From: a virus
Taxonomy: Duplodnaviria; Caudoviricetes
DNA length: 64,000 bases
Strand: one strand, 5' to 3'
Virus record (IMG/VR): IMGVR_UViG_3300024187_000002
Location: 8,322 to 72,321 of that record
The translations under genes and the position numbers were made by a program. The notes beneath the pieces are model-generated. The model was given only the letters and a program-made list of their open reading frames with translations, ran no database searches and was not told where the DNA came from. Positions within the stretch are counted from its first letter, which is position 1, and each line of letters begins with the position of its first letter. Of the stretch, positions 35,391 through 45,851 are shown in pieces.

Positions 35391-35845
35391 CTTTTCCCTT
35401 TCGGCTGCTGATTTCGTTCGTCAAAGTAAACTTCCGGCGATAGCACAACAATTCCACAGAATGAGGCTAAGAATTCAGCCGCGCGATCCAAATACTCTGC
35501 AAATTCTGCCGTGTCCATGTCGTGTGTCGTTGGCCGCGCTTCGTCTAGAATTTCGCCGGTCTCTTTGCTGATGATGTCCTTAACCCCTAAAACCCTTTTA
35601 ACCAGCGCGTCATGCGCCTGCTCTGCTGTGATCCAAGGCTCGCCACTCGCTTCCCTTAACCATTCCAACCAAGCGGGTATATAGGCACTCCAGTAGTACG
35701 CATTAGCATTCAAAGACCGCGTGCGCTTGCGTTGGCGCATCTGGAATTCCCAGATACCCCTGAGAGTCCCGATCTTTGACATGAGACGCTGCTTGTTATG
35801 CAGACTGTTCATGTCTAGGACTAATGGCGGCTCTTTAATGCGCAT
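35387..35845 (-). CDS. ninB: NinB/Orf-like recombination mediator
   Basis: KRTRSLNANAYYW...TTHDMDTAEFAEYLDR. Confidence 0.7.
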   Translation of the reverse strand: MRIKEPPLVLDMNSLHNKQRLMSKIGTLRGIWEFQMRQRKRTRSLNANAYYWSAYIPAWLEWLREASGEPWITAEQAHDALVKRVLGVKDIISKETGEILDEARPTTHDMDTAEFAEYLDRAAEFLASFCGIVVLSPEVYFDERNQQPKGKR

Positions 35846-35890
35846 GTCTGCGTGTTTCGCTATAGTGGATGCCGATGTTGGTCACTGTTA

Positions 35891-36370
35891 TTACTCGACT
35901 ACTTGGCCGGTTCGGATTACATGAGTAAGATAACGAACGGCTACCTTAGCCTCTTCCATGCCCGGTTCTGCTTCGGCGAATTGAGTAGCGAACGGCTCAG
36001 GCCACTCGCCATCGATCCAACTAGTGAAAATCTGATCTTCACTTGTGTTTCTGTCTAGTCCCAACAACGCAGAAGCTCTACCGGCAATAGTATTGCGTCG
36101 CGTGCGCCACAGCAAAGCTAATCCTTGTTTCGCGCTGCGTTCAGAGCAGATTAACGCTTCTCCCGCTAGGCATGCTTGCGTGCCACATGGAGCGACTGAT
36201 GATTTTTGTTTCCAATAACCTTGATTGTAACTTTCAGGCACAGCAGCAATTCGGTTGCGCACCTTTACCCAAAGAGGGAAGTTAAGCGGCGGCTTGTCGG
36301 CGGCTTTGCGCTTGGCGTTGATGTTCTTCCACCGTGCTCTAAGTGCTGACGTAACGGTTAGTGGCTTCAT
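35891..36370 (-). CDS. Conserved phage hypothetical protein
   Basis: PESYNQGYW...CGTQACLAGEA motif. Confidence 0.6.
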   Translation of the reverse strand: MKPLTVTSALRARWKNINAKRKAADKPPLNFPLWVKVRNRIAAVPESYNQGYWKQKSSVAPCGTQACLAGEALICSERSAKQGLALLWRTRRNTIAGRASALLGLDRNTSEDQIFTSWIDGEWPEPFATQFAEAEPGMEEAKVAVRYLTHVIRTGQVVE

Positions 36371-36404
36371 TTCTTTGCTCCATTTCTCTTAGCGGGTTTC
36401 GCCG

Positions 36405-36533
36405 CTACGATTTCTTCGGTTCTTTGTAGTCTACTCGCTTACATCGGGGACACTGGACGGGATTTTTCTTTCGCGCTCCCCAGTCTGCGCCGCACTGATT
36501 ACAGTGTTGCGGATATGACGGATTCTTTTTCAT
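36405..36533 (-). CDS. 42-aa zinc-ribbon protein
   Basis: Manual translation: MKKNPSYPQHCNQCGADWGARKKNPVQCPRCKRVDYKEPKKS; GAGGG SD. Confidence 0.7.
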   Translation of the reverse strand: MKKNPSYPQHCNQCGADWGARKKNPVQCPRCKRVDYKEPKKS

Positions 36534-37023
36534 CAACTATTCCCTCTTCGGAGACGGTGTATTTGTAGCCCTCATGCTCGAACGCGATTAAGTAAGACTT
36601 GTCGTTGATAAATCGCTCCACTTTCAGTAGTAGCTTGAGGCGTTCTACGCGCGCCAGTCGCGCCTTGTATTCAATGTCACGCTGGCGATCTTCGTCTCGC
36701 CGCCGTTGCCGGTTCTTTTCCGCGCTCTTTGCGTGTCCGGTCTTAAATTCTTCCATCGCCGCCTCGAATTCCGCTCTAGAACCGCAGCGACCGCAAAGAC
36801 TCCACCCCTCAAGTTCGGACACTGCCTTAGTAATGCCATTTCCAAAATAGTGCTGGAACTCGATAGCCCGACCGCATTCAGCCAAGGAGCGAAAACTGCC
36901 GTTTTGCGTGCACCGTTGCCGCGCAATATGAAGCGGGCCGCGCCCCGTCGCCGGATTGTAAACCCACCCAATGCGCGGATATGGTAGGGCGGTAATTTTG
37001 GTGATCGCGTGTTTGGTTGCCAT
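36499..37023 (-). CDS. Hypothetical protein (probably leaderless mRNA)
   Basis: ATG at 37023 lies 8 nt below a -10 box. Confidence 0.6.
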   Translation of the reverse strand: MATKHAITKITALPYPRIGWVYNPATGRGPLHIARQRCTQNGSFRSLAECGRAIEFQHYFGNGITKAVSELEGWSLCGRCGSRAEFEAAMEEFKTGHAKSAEKNRQRRRDEDRQRDIEYKARLARVERLKLLLKVERFINDKSYLIAFEHEGYKYTVSEEGIVDEKESVISATL

Positions 37024-37030
37024 GTTAGTA

Positions 37031-37059
37031 ATAATAAACAGGCGTAATAATAAAGTCAA
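37031..37059 (-). promoter_or_regulatory. Sigma70-like promoter
   Basis: TTGACT-17-TATTAT; overlapping inverted repeat AAGTCAA/TTGACTT. Confidence 0.65.
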
Positions 37060-37125
37060 CTGTCAATTTGACTTGTTTATTTTCCCGCAAGGTCTACAAG
37101 CGTAAGTGCGGCGTCTTTGTTGAAT

Positions 37126-37485
37126 TTAGAGAGTCGGGGGTTTGGGGATAGCCTCAAAGTTGCGTTGGGAGGCTTCTCGCTCGTGACGGACTTGTTCTGC
37201 GCGTTGAAGCCACGCCTTGCGCTTAATCCCCGTGGTGAATTCTTCTCTCGCCTCGTCATTTTCTCGTTGGTAAAAATCCAGCCAGTAATTATAAGCAGCG
37301 CGGATGTGGCTATCGTCCATTTGCGCGACGCGGGTGCGGTACTCGGCGATAAGATCGCGCTGTCTATTTAATGCAAGTTCGTTCCCGTCATGTAATGCTA
37401 ACTCAAAAGACAAGGAACTTGGCCCGCGGCCTAGAGTGGGTTGAAGCACTGACAGTGCTGCGTCTTTTAATTCGTTTGTGGTCAT
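37126..37485 (-). CDS. Hypothetical protein
   Basis: 119 aa, helical. Confidence 0.55.
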   Translation of the reverse strand: MTTNELKDAALSVLQPTLGRGPSSLSFELALHDGNELALNRQRDLIAEYRTRVAQMDDSHIRAAYNYWLDFYQRENDEAREEFTTGIKRKAWLQRAEQVRHEREASQRNFEAIPKPPTL

Positions 37486-37505
37486 TCTTCACCATCCATT
37501 GTTCA

Positions 37506-37760
37506 TTAGCGAGCTTGGCGAGTCGATTCGTTAAGAGATTGTTTCTGCTTTTCAATAAACGGCTGACTGGCTTCGTCCCACTGAGTTTCGGCGCATCGAA
37601 TTAGAAAGTCAGAGCGAGTCTTTTCCACTCCGCGTTCAGTGAGCATCCGGCGTAGTACCTTGATTGCTCTTTTTCTGAGCAAGTGTCGTTTCGGATGCCG
37701 AGCGTAGGTTTCCACCATTGCGTCGTAGCCGATTTTGATTAGGTCTGTGTCAGTCAGCAT
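37506..37760 (-). CDS. Hypothetical protein
   Basis: 84 aa; first gene of the leftward operon. Confidence 0.55.
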   Translation of the reverse strand: MLTDTDLIKIGYDAMVETYARHPKRHLLRKRAIKVLRRMLTERGVEKTRSDFLIRCAETQWDEASQPFIEKQKQSLNESTRQAR

Positions 37761-38487
37761 TGAATTTAATTGGCCGGAGTCACTGCGGGAACTGGATTGC
37801 TATCCGGCCTAGTCGCCGCGTTCGCCCGCTACCCTAGCCATTGTTTCAGGTGGGTTCTCCCGCGATTTCGCAGCATTTTCTTGTTGCTCCCATGAGCGAT
37901 TTCTGTTATTTTACCACCGCTACTCTAGTATTGTGATGAATCAATCCACGCAATCAAATAAAGCAGCAAATACCGTCAGCGAAGTAAAGCATGGTTCTTG
38001 TCGTTCGCTGAGTATCCAGATCGCGAAAATCAGCGGAGGCCAGATGACGGCTGGCGACGTGGGAGCATGGAAAGCACCCGTGGAACAACGCGCCACGGCG
38101 AAGGGCATGCACAGTTGAGATAGCCAGTTCCTATGACTGAGTTCAAATCACTCATAGTCTTTCCGGGTAATCGCAGACGAACAGTGAACCCGGCCCAAAA
38201 CGCCCAGAGCAGATTATCGCTTTGTTCAAAGAACGTGTCTTGCTTGCAGGGCAAGACTTTGGGTTAAATCTCAACGAACCTCGTCACAAATAATATCGCT
38301 TCGCTAATAGCCCAAAACGGCATGCAACCTAGAGCCTCTCACTCTTATAGGCGCGCAGAAGGGATAAGGTTCGGTACGCTCTAGTTCCCAAACAAGATCG
38401 GCCAGAAATAAACATAGAAAAGGATAATAGACAAGACAATCAATCCCTGCCCTGTTACAGATGACCAGCTTTGGATTTTAGACTTCA

Positions 38488-38700
38488 TCACTGTTTGCTC
38501 TTTCCGTTACTTCGACCTGACCGTTGCATATTTGGATTGATTATCAGCTTAGCCAGCACCCCGCGCTTAATGCGGACACTTGGTATCGAGACCTCTTCAG
38601 TGGCGAGCTTTCCGGCTTTAATTGCCGCCCAAATCGCTTGCCGCGTCACCCCTTTAATGGACGCGGCCTCGTTCACGGTTAATAGATCGCTTGCCTTCAT
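38488..38700 (-). CDS. HTH_17 / excisionase-like DNA-binding protein
   Basis: LLTVNEAASIKGVTRQAIWAAIKAGKL. Confidence 0.85.
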   Translation of the reverse strand: MKASDLLTVNEAASIKGVTRQAIWAAIKAGKLATEEVSIPSVRIKRGVLAKLIINPNMQRSGRSNGKSKQ

Positions 38701-38708
38701 CGACGCTT

Positions 38709-38779
38709 AAGATATACTATCTAAATTTCCTTGTCAACGACAAATAATACTTGACATCGGCAAATAATGAGCGTAGAGT
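38709..38779. promoter_or_regulatory. Back-to-back sigma70 promoters with CAAATAAT repeats
   Basis: Leftward TTGACA(38737-32)-17-TATCTT; rightward TTGACA(38751-56)-17-TAGAGT; CAAATAAT at 38741 and 38761, with a third copy at 38287. Confidence 0.75.
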
Positions 38780-40421
38780 GTCCCTTGTTAGTTTGGTTAG
38801 TTCTTCGACAAGCAGGTGGTTCGCAGAAAGGTAAGGCCAAAAGATGTTGACAATGAAAGAAGTCGGAGAGGCTAACACCCTCTTTCGCAAGTATGTCTCA
38901 ACGCGTAGGCCGTTTAACTTGTTAGAGCTTTATGGCTGCGTTCGACGGGAGACGCGATTAGCGGAGCGCGGAGAAATCAGGGTGACGCGAGAATTGCTAA
39001 GAGAACTAAGAGCGGATCGCGCCAAGGTCGGGCGATTGGCTCACGAGGCGATAGGGCGAGCAGAATTAAAGAATCCGTGGCAACCATTCGCCAACTACGT
39101 GGAGTGGATGTTGAACAGCTAACTTCTAACCGGCGAATACCTGTTTGACTGAGAACTAGCCAGAAGGGGGAGCAAATGAAATTAGGCGATTACCTTAGAA
39201 ATAAAGAGCGCGAGCATCGTAACGAAGAAGAGCGGTGGAAATTGATCCGTTTACTCGAAAAGATTCAAGCTGCTTATGTTGACGATCCGGGCACCGCTGA
39301 TCTTTACGACGAACAGCCGGTGAATGTCCGCCTCACTCTTGGAGACGTTCGATTTGTGCGCGAGATTATGCGCTAAAACAGGGAGCAGCCAATGAACAAG
39401 AGATACAGAAATCTACTTAACAACTTTGCGGCGCGGATGGGGCGCGAATGTCCGAAATGTGGGCGGATGGAAACGCCACAAGAAATCGCGAACTGTAGGC
39501 CGATTAAGTTTGGTTCGGGACGGGCGAAAAAGGTGAATTTTCGCGGGAACGGGGAGAACGAAGATGCCGCCCAAGACTGAATGGACAATAACCCAACTCG
39601 CTGCAATACGTGAAACCTTGCTGGACGTGATTGACGATGGCGCACCGTGGCAAGGTCTTGGCCGACCGTGGACGTTTTACCCGACAGAGGGATACTGGAA
39701 AACAGAGACACAGGCTACAAACGCTGACCGGCTAGACTTTTGCAGCGAACTACAGCGCCGACTAATGCAAAGGTCTGAGTAGGGCGTGATTCGGTGAAAG
39801 GTGGGTGTAATGGCAATCAAAGTTGACGATTTGGTTCGATGGTACAAAGCGCAAGAACTTGTTTACGCTTCTCAGGGAGTCCGCGGCGACGATAAATATC
39901 ACGTCCGCCTGACCGTTTCGCGCTTCAGCGACTTTCCAACTTGTACGGTCACGCGCCGTAACATTTTAACACTCAAAACAAAAGAGCTTTACCACGGGAC
40001 CTCTGTGGATGCGGCGGTACGAATTTACAACGATGCGATTGGCGAGTAGCTATACACCGGAGAGCGGAGCGAGCGGAGAACGGATTTGAGTCTCAAGGCA
40101 AAGGGAGTCTAACGGCGTTCGTTTCAATAGAGAGTGTGAGCCGCCCTGCGGCGCGGGAGAAGCAAATGAATTATCCAGTAGTTGTCTTTCAGGTTGGCGA
40201 GAAGTTATACGCGCCTTGTGGTTTGTGTGGCGGTAGCGGGAAGCGCACGGAGTACACGTCATCGAGTGACTATCCCGGCACTCGGTACGGGAAAGAAACG
40301 CGATTCAACTGCGGCGGATGCAAAGGCTTGAAATACGACAAAGGGAATCCTGTTCGGATCGCAGTGATAAGCGAAACGAAGCCAAAGCGGACGCCTTAAT
40401 TAACCCCATGGTCGCGCACAA

Positions 40422-40865
40422 ATGGAAAGTGAGAAGCAGAATATGAATCAGGGAGATGAGAACAAGAATCCTTCAGGCGCAGAGTTGTTATCCCCGCTTG
40501 ACGCGCTGGCGAGATGTCCGTTTTGCCACGCGATACCCGAGCCGCCTTACACAAATAATGTCGGTGAGACCTACGCGAGAATCAGGCATCAGGCGGATTG
40601 CATGTTGGCGATCGCCGCCCCTCGCGATCAATGGTTGCATAGCGGAGTATTCGAGAAGTGGAACACTCGCCCCTCTGCATGGCAAGCAATAGAAACCGCG
40701 CCACAGAATTACAGTTGGATTCTCGGATTAACACCGAACCGTAGATGCGTGGTTGTGAGATGGGGCGGCAGCCACTGGGAAGATGACAACCAACTATTCC
40801 GCGACATTAGGCTGTGGATGCCACTACCTCCCGCACCTGAACAGAAAACAGAGGAGACGAAATGA
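40422..40865 (+). CDS. Lar-like zinc finger plus DUF551-like domain
   Basis: LARCPFCH...WNTR followed by WQAIETAP...W...WMPLPPAP. Confidence 0.7.
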   Translation: MESEKQNMNQGDENKNPSGAELLSPLDALARCPFCHAIPEPPYTNNVGETYARIRHQADCMLAIAAPRDQWLHSGVFEKWNTRPSAWQAIETAPQNYSWILGLTPNRRCVVVRWGGSHWEDDNQLFRDIRLWMPLPPAPEQKTEETK

Positions 40866-41239
40866 AGAATCAGAATCAGGTTAATGAGGACAACAACACG
40901 CTGACGAACAGGGCCAGTTCCCCGAGTCCCGCGCCGGTTAGGCATTCATTGGCACCGTGGCGAGCGCAAGAACGACTGAGCGGCTCGGAAAACCACAAAG
41001 GCTGGCTGATTTTCAGCGGACTAAACGGCGTGGTCGCGGAAGTCTACCCGCTCAACGAAGACCCGACGCCCGACGCAAAAGGAAACGCTCGATTAATTGC
41101 CGCCGCTCCTGCGTTACTTGAAGCCGCGAAGTTTGCCCTGTCTGTAATCGAATCGCTACCGCCGATGGAATTAAGCGAAACGATGGCCGAGGACAAGTTG
41201 TCCGCTGCTATTGCTTCAGCAGAAGGGAATCGGGAGTAG
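40862..41239 (+). CDS. Conserved phage protein (NARLIAAAP family)
   Basis: HSLAPW...VAEV...GNARLIAAAPALLEA. Confidence 0.7.
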   Translation: MKNQNQVNEDNNTLTNRASSPSPAPVRHSLAPWRAQERLSGSENHKGWLIFSGLNGVVAEVYPLNEDPTPDAKGNARLIAAAPALLEAAKFALSVIESLPPMELSETMAEDKLSAAIASAEGNRE

Positions 41240-42519
41240 TCATGGGTGAAGGACTAGCAACAGCAAGACCGTGGGATGGTCGCAATGACGGCCTCGTTGC
41301 GTCACATGTTGGTAATACGCGGTTCATTCTTCGGATTGAAAAGCACGGGCCAGCAGCAACTCTGGATGACGAGGATCGCGCTTGCATGGGTTTGGTTTTG
41401 CGCGCAGTCAATGCCTACGACGAAAACCAAAGGGAAATAGAACAACTAAGAGCGGCGCTGGTGGGACTGCTAAACGCAATCCCTGAGATTGCGTCAACCA
41501 AGATGGAGAAAGCGGTATCCTTGGCACGTGCTGCTCTTACCCCAAGGAGGACGCAGTAACCAATGAGTGAATCCAGCAAATCAAATGCAGAAGTAGCGGC
41601 GTACATCGCTTGGAATTGCGGAGCGCAAGAAGGCGAGTCGCCGGATGTGCTCACCTTTAATCGCGGACTACTGGTCTCTGAGATCGAATCTGCGCTTTCG
41701 ACTGCTCAATCTAACCTTGCACGAGAAGTGCTGAAAGACGTTCATCGGAATCGTAACTGCGCCGCACATACTATCGAGACTCGGCTACGTGACTTATTCA
41801 CGCGGTTGAATATTCAAGTGGAGGAGTAGACGAATGGCAACAAAAAAGCAGATTGAAACATGGAAGCGGCGACGGCGTGAAGTCGGCAAGTTGCGTGACG
41901 CGATCAGCCAAGACATCGAGGAAATGGAACAGCTTGCGGAGTGCTGCGACAGCGCCGCCGATAATATTCAAGACGCAATCGACGCGCTGAGCGAGCTCGC
42001 GTGAGCCAGAGGTTCAATAGTGAGTAAGCCAACCAAGCGTCACAAGTTTACCGTGAAAGACCTAGGCGTTAAGGATCGCAGCCGCACGCTGGAGGTTTCG
42101 TGGCCGTCTACGCAGCCGTTTGAGCACGAAGCGGTCGGTGCATATTTGGGTTAGTAACGGTCGTGCAAATTGTACGGGATGCTCAAGTGCTTTGCGCGGC
42201 ATGTCTGGATCGTGCGCCCACGTCAAAGCAGCCAAACGATTTTTAGAAAGGGAATCCAAGTGATGACCACTAACACAGACGCCAGCATGTATGAACTTAC
42301 GTCTACGGACTTAACCAACCTGGGCGGCCCAATGGGGACTGAAAGCACGTCGGAGAATTTTCATAAGCTGTTCGCGTCGCTTGAAAGTGCCAAGTCAGCC
42401 GCAGAGCGCGACTACAACCAATCCCGCGGGCCTATCAAGTGGAAGCGTAATGGCCGAGGATGGACAAGCGGCGATTTGGGATACGTTATGTATGACATTG
42501 AGAAAGTAAGGGTTGAGCC

Positions 42520-43602
42520 ATGAACACAACCACAGAAGGAAACCAGCAGCCAGCCAAGAGACCGTGTAGAGAGTGCGGAGAGAACGATTTCCACGCACTA
42601 GTCTGTCCGTTGAATGAAGGGTTGATGGGAAGTTCACCCGTGTCGGATTCTGAGCGCGTCCCTGAGCCAGTATCTACGCACGAGTACGATCCCGGTGCTG
42701 GCGACGTAACCTGCGGGTGTCCATGTCACGCCCACAAAGACTTTGGACGAATGGCTCAAGCTACCGCAGAGAGTGATGATCGCCTTCCGCCGTGGGCCGA
42801 TCCAAATTGCGGATCATGCGGCGGCTCTGGCTATACCAGTTTAGGCAGGTGTTACGTGTGCCAGAAACGCGCCGCAGAGAGTTTAGGAGTTGAGGCGCAG
42901 AAGTGCTTAAAGTGCGGCGCGACCGAGGGGTTAGATAACGGCCAGTGCATTGAAATTCTGGGAGTTGAATGTGAATTCGCAGCACCCACCTCACCCCAAG
43001 ACTCGCAGAAGTCTATTCGTGCTGACGATACGAACCGCTGCGTAAAATGCGGTCATCACGTAGAGGACTGGAACTCAGAAACGGGCAAGTGTGAGTATCG
43101 GGAGGAGATAGCTTGGTGCGGTTGCCGTTGCAGATTCCCGCCTGCTAACTCACCCGCTGCCTCAGTCCAAGTAGGGCCGGAACTGCCGGAGGATTGGACG
43201 ATAGAGTGTGCTGATTGGATCGTTCGCGGTCAGCTATCCGCAGCGTCTAAAGTGCCGTTAGGCGAATGCTTGAAACTGATGGTGATGCCTATCGCTCGGA
43301 TAATTTCACGCGCAGCGGCCAGGGCTACTCCTACACTAACAGAGCCAAGTGTAGAGCAGTGCTTGAGTGAGGCCGTTGAGTTGTTTCCACATGCAGATAT
43401 TGAAGTTACCGCTAGAGCAGCTTCATGGTCGCCTGAGTACGTGAACATGGGCGACCGCTCGTTAGAAGAAGTTGAGCCGCGACGTTACGACTCGCCCTTA
43501 TGCAGAATTGAAATCGACGGATGCGGCTTCTCTGGGACTACATTGGCATCGGCTATAGCTGCTGCGAGGGAGTTCGCAGCAAGTAAGGAGAAAGAGAAGT
43601 GA
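42520..43602 (+). CDS. Mosaic protein of multiple Cys-rich mini-modules
   Basis: Six or more CxxC/CxC modules separated by SP/AES linkers. Confidence 0.65.
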   Translation: MNTTTEGNQQPAKRPCRECGENDFHALVCPLNEGLMGSSPVSDSERVPEPVSTHEYDPGAGDVTCGCPCHAHKDFGRMAQATAESDDRLPPWADPNCGSCGGSGYTSLGRCYVCQKRAAESLGVEAQKCLKCGATEGLDNGQCIEILGVECEFAAPTSPQDSQKSIRADDTNRCVKCGHHVEDWNSETGKCEYREEIAWCGCRCRFPPANSPAASVQVGPELPEDWTIECADWIVRGQLSAASKVPLGECLKLMVMPIARIISRAAARATPTLTEPSVEQCLSEAVELFPHADIEVTARAASWSPEYVNMGDRSLEEVEPRRYDSPLCRIEIDGCGFSGTTLASAIAAAREFAASKEKEK

Positions 43603-43946
43603 GCAATCCGTTCAACGTCAAAAGAGCGCGGAAGAGTTTGGGTATAAATGATATTCAGGAGTCCGCGCTTTTTACTGACTTTTGTAACCGCTTCAAGCCT
43701 TTCGGGACACGCCGCGAGGCGGACTTTAAGAATTCATTGCGCCAACTCTGCTTAGAGATATTCAGCCTCGGCTACGAAGAGGGCGTGGCAAGTAAAGCGG
43801 AGATTGGAGCACGCAGGCTTGGGAGCCGCGGAGGATTGAAAGGTGGCCCTGCGAGAGCTAGAACACTTTCACCTGAGCGTAGAAAGCGAATAGCCCAAGA
43901 TGCAGCCAATCGAAGATGGCACCCAAAGGAGGATCAACTCAAATGA
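43599..43946 (+). CDS. Protein with C-terminal basic GGxxGG.ARA..L..ERR..IA..AA..RW motif
   Basis: GSRGGLKGGPARARTLSPERRKRIAQDAANRRW. Confidence 0.65.
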   Translation: MSNPFNVKRARKSLGINDIQESALFTDFCNRFKPFGTRREADFKNSLRQLCLEIFSLGYEEGVASKAEIGARRLGSRGGLKGGPARARTLSPERRKRIAQDAANRRWHPKEDQLK

Positions 43947-44530
43947 CAGACAATGAATCACCCGCAGTGCCAGAGCGCCGGATTACCGCAGAGCGGCTAG
44001 TCGATCAACTGCGATTCTTCTTGCCAATCACCGAGGCCAACGTAGATGGTCTGCGGGAACTATTCAATACCGCAATCGTCAACGCGAATGCTGATGGCCG
44101 TGATAACCGCCGCGTCCGCTCCGCTCCTGATACTCGTGAAAGAATCGGACAAGCAATAGACAAGGTGAGATTGTCAGGTGATTCCAAGACTGGTGCGATG
44201 ACGTTAATGCGTGAGGAATTGATAGATGCGCTGGTCGCGTCCGCTCCTGATACCGCAGAAGTAGCGAAGATTGAAGCGCGATGTTTAGCTGACCATCCGC
44301 ACGTCGGGCGCTCTCCTGGCATTTTTGGCGGCAGGTGGATCGTGGGTGGAATTCGCATCGCTGTTACCGACATCCTCTGCTACTTATGGCAAGGGCACGA
44401 TGTCGCGTACATCGCTAACGTTTATGGATTATCTGAAGTGCAAATCAAGGATGCCATCGCTTTCGCGCAAGACTTCATTGAACAAAGCGATAATCGAGGA
44501 GCCGAACTCGTCAGCGATAAGGAGAAATGA
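43943..44530 (+). CDS. DUF433-domain fusion protein
   Basis: HVGRSPGIFGGRWIVGGIRIAVTDIL...GHDVAYIANVYGLSEVQIKDAIAF. Confidence 0.8.
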   Translation: MTDNESPAVPERRITAERLVDQLRFFLPITEANVDGLRELFNTAIVNANADGRDNRRVRSAPDTRERIGQAIDKVRLSGDSKTGAMTLMREELIDALVASAPDTAEVAKIEARCLADHPHVGRSPGIFGGRWIVGGIRIAVTDILCYLWQGHDVAYIANVYGLSEVQIKDAIAFAQDFIEQSDNRGAELVSDKEK

Positions 44531-45152
44531 AATGGGATTGCATAGTGCACTCAGTCGCTCGCCCAAAGGCTCATGGCGATTTGCTCTGTGGCTTTTAGGG
44601 TTCGTGGTTCTCATCCTTTTGATACTCGCGATTGTTGCGCTGAGGGGTTAGATCGAATGACTAAACCTACCGCAGAACTCACCAGCGTTGCTACTCCCGA
44701 TGCAGATGATGAGGAGAAATGAAATGAGTGCCCTTGAAGATCGACTAGACAGGCGAAGCATTGTCGAGCAACTGCTCCGCGTCGAACCGGGAAACGCGAA
44801 CTATTCAATGGTCGCGTTAGACGAAAGAGTTCGTCGCGTAGTCAACCGTCTTATCAACGCAGAATCCAGCGCGAAACCTACCGCAGATGATGAAGCACGC
44901 ACGCAAGCCGAGTCGCTGATTAAAGATACACTTTCGTCCGCTGAGTGGGCGGGCGTCAATCTCATGGTGACGTTTAAGAAAGAAGTCTTACTCGACGCCA
45001 TCGCATCTGCTTTGACTCAATCCCGTCAGCGAGCTATTGAAGTCGTAGAAAGTTTCATGACGATACACGAGGAAGTAGTGAGCAACGAGGACTTGGTATT
45101 GAATGCGAAGTTGCGAGAAATCGTTGCGGCGCTAGAAGGGAGAGAGGGTTGA

Positions 45153-45851
45153 ATGAATAACACGCGCCACATAAGTCCGCGAGATAGTGCGTACTGCCCT
45201 GAGTGTCGTCGCAATCCCCAACAGGAACGCACTCGCAATCACGGCGAACGGCTCTGCTCGGCGGGCCATGTGTTCACGCTGAAAGAGTCACGAGAAGCAT
45301 TCAAACGAGACCATCCTGAACCTGTGAACCAACTAAAGGACGAATGGCGACAACATCACAGCGTTCTCAAGAAAGACTGTGCCTCGTGCTTACAAGGCCA
45401 CGCCGCCCGAATGGAAACAGGAGTGCGTGAACCTGAGTCGGAAGTTGCAGTGTTACGTGCTGAGAATGAAGAACTGAGACATCGAGATCGGCTGTGGAAT
45501 TCAGCCTTCGGAACATCACAACTTACTCACGCGAAGGCGCGACTAGAGGCCGCTGAATCCAAAGCGGAAAGACTTGAACGACAGGTAGCAGAAGCCAAGC
45601 AAGTCTCTGTTGATGAAGCACGTCTAAAGGCTATTAGAGAACGAGTAGATAAAGCGACGCCCGGCCCGTGGATTCACATTGACGACGAGCCGGTTCACGG
45701 TGACGACTATAACGTGTTCTCTGGTGGCCCAAAGAAGATGATGGGCGGCAATCCGATTCCAGTTGCAACGTTTGAATGGGAGGAGGACGAGGCGTTCGCC
45801 TGCGCTGCCCGTGAGGACATCCCCTATCTTCTCACCTTACTTGACCCTTAA
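45153..45851 (+). CDS. Ead/Ea22-like mosaic protein
   Basis: C-terminal RLKAIRERVDKATPGPW...AFACAAREDIPYLL. Confidence 0.7.
   Translation: MNNTRHISPRDSAYCPECRRNPQQERTRNHGERLCSAGHVFTLKESREAFKRDHPEPVNQLKDEWRQHHSVLKKDCASCLQGHAARMETGVREPESEVAVLRAENEELRHRDRLWNSAFGTSQLTHAKARLEAAESKAERLERQVAEAKQVSVDEARLKAIRERVDKATPGPWIHIDDEPVHGDDYNVFSGGPKKMMGGNPIPVATFEWEEDEAFACAAREDIPYLLTLLDP

Larger units (their letters stand above)
38844..45851 (+). other. Cluster of about 20 small, tightly packed accessory genes
   Basis: Consecutive ORFs with SD sites and ATGA/GTGA overlaps: 38844-39122, 39176-39376, 39392-39580, 39564-39782, 39801-40049, 40166-40399, 41242-41559, 41563-41829, 41834-42004, 42263-42523, 44724-45152 and others. 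Confidence 0.8.

Noticed and set aside
36499-36545. Programmed -1 frameshift fusing the 37023 gene to the zinc ribbon
   Set aside because: The ribbon is in the +1 frame and has its own ATG and SD; only five As, not A-AAA-AAG.
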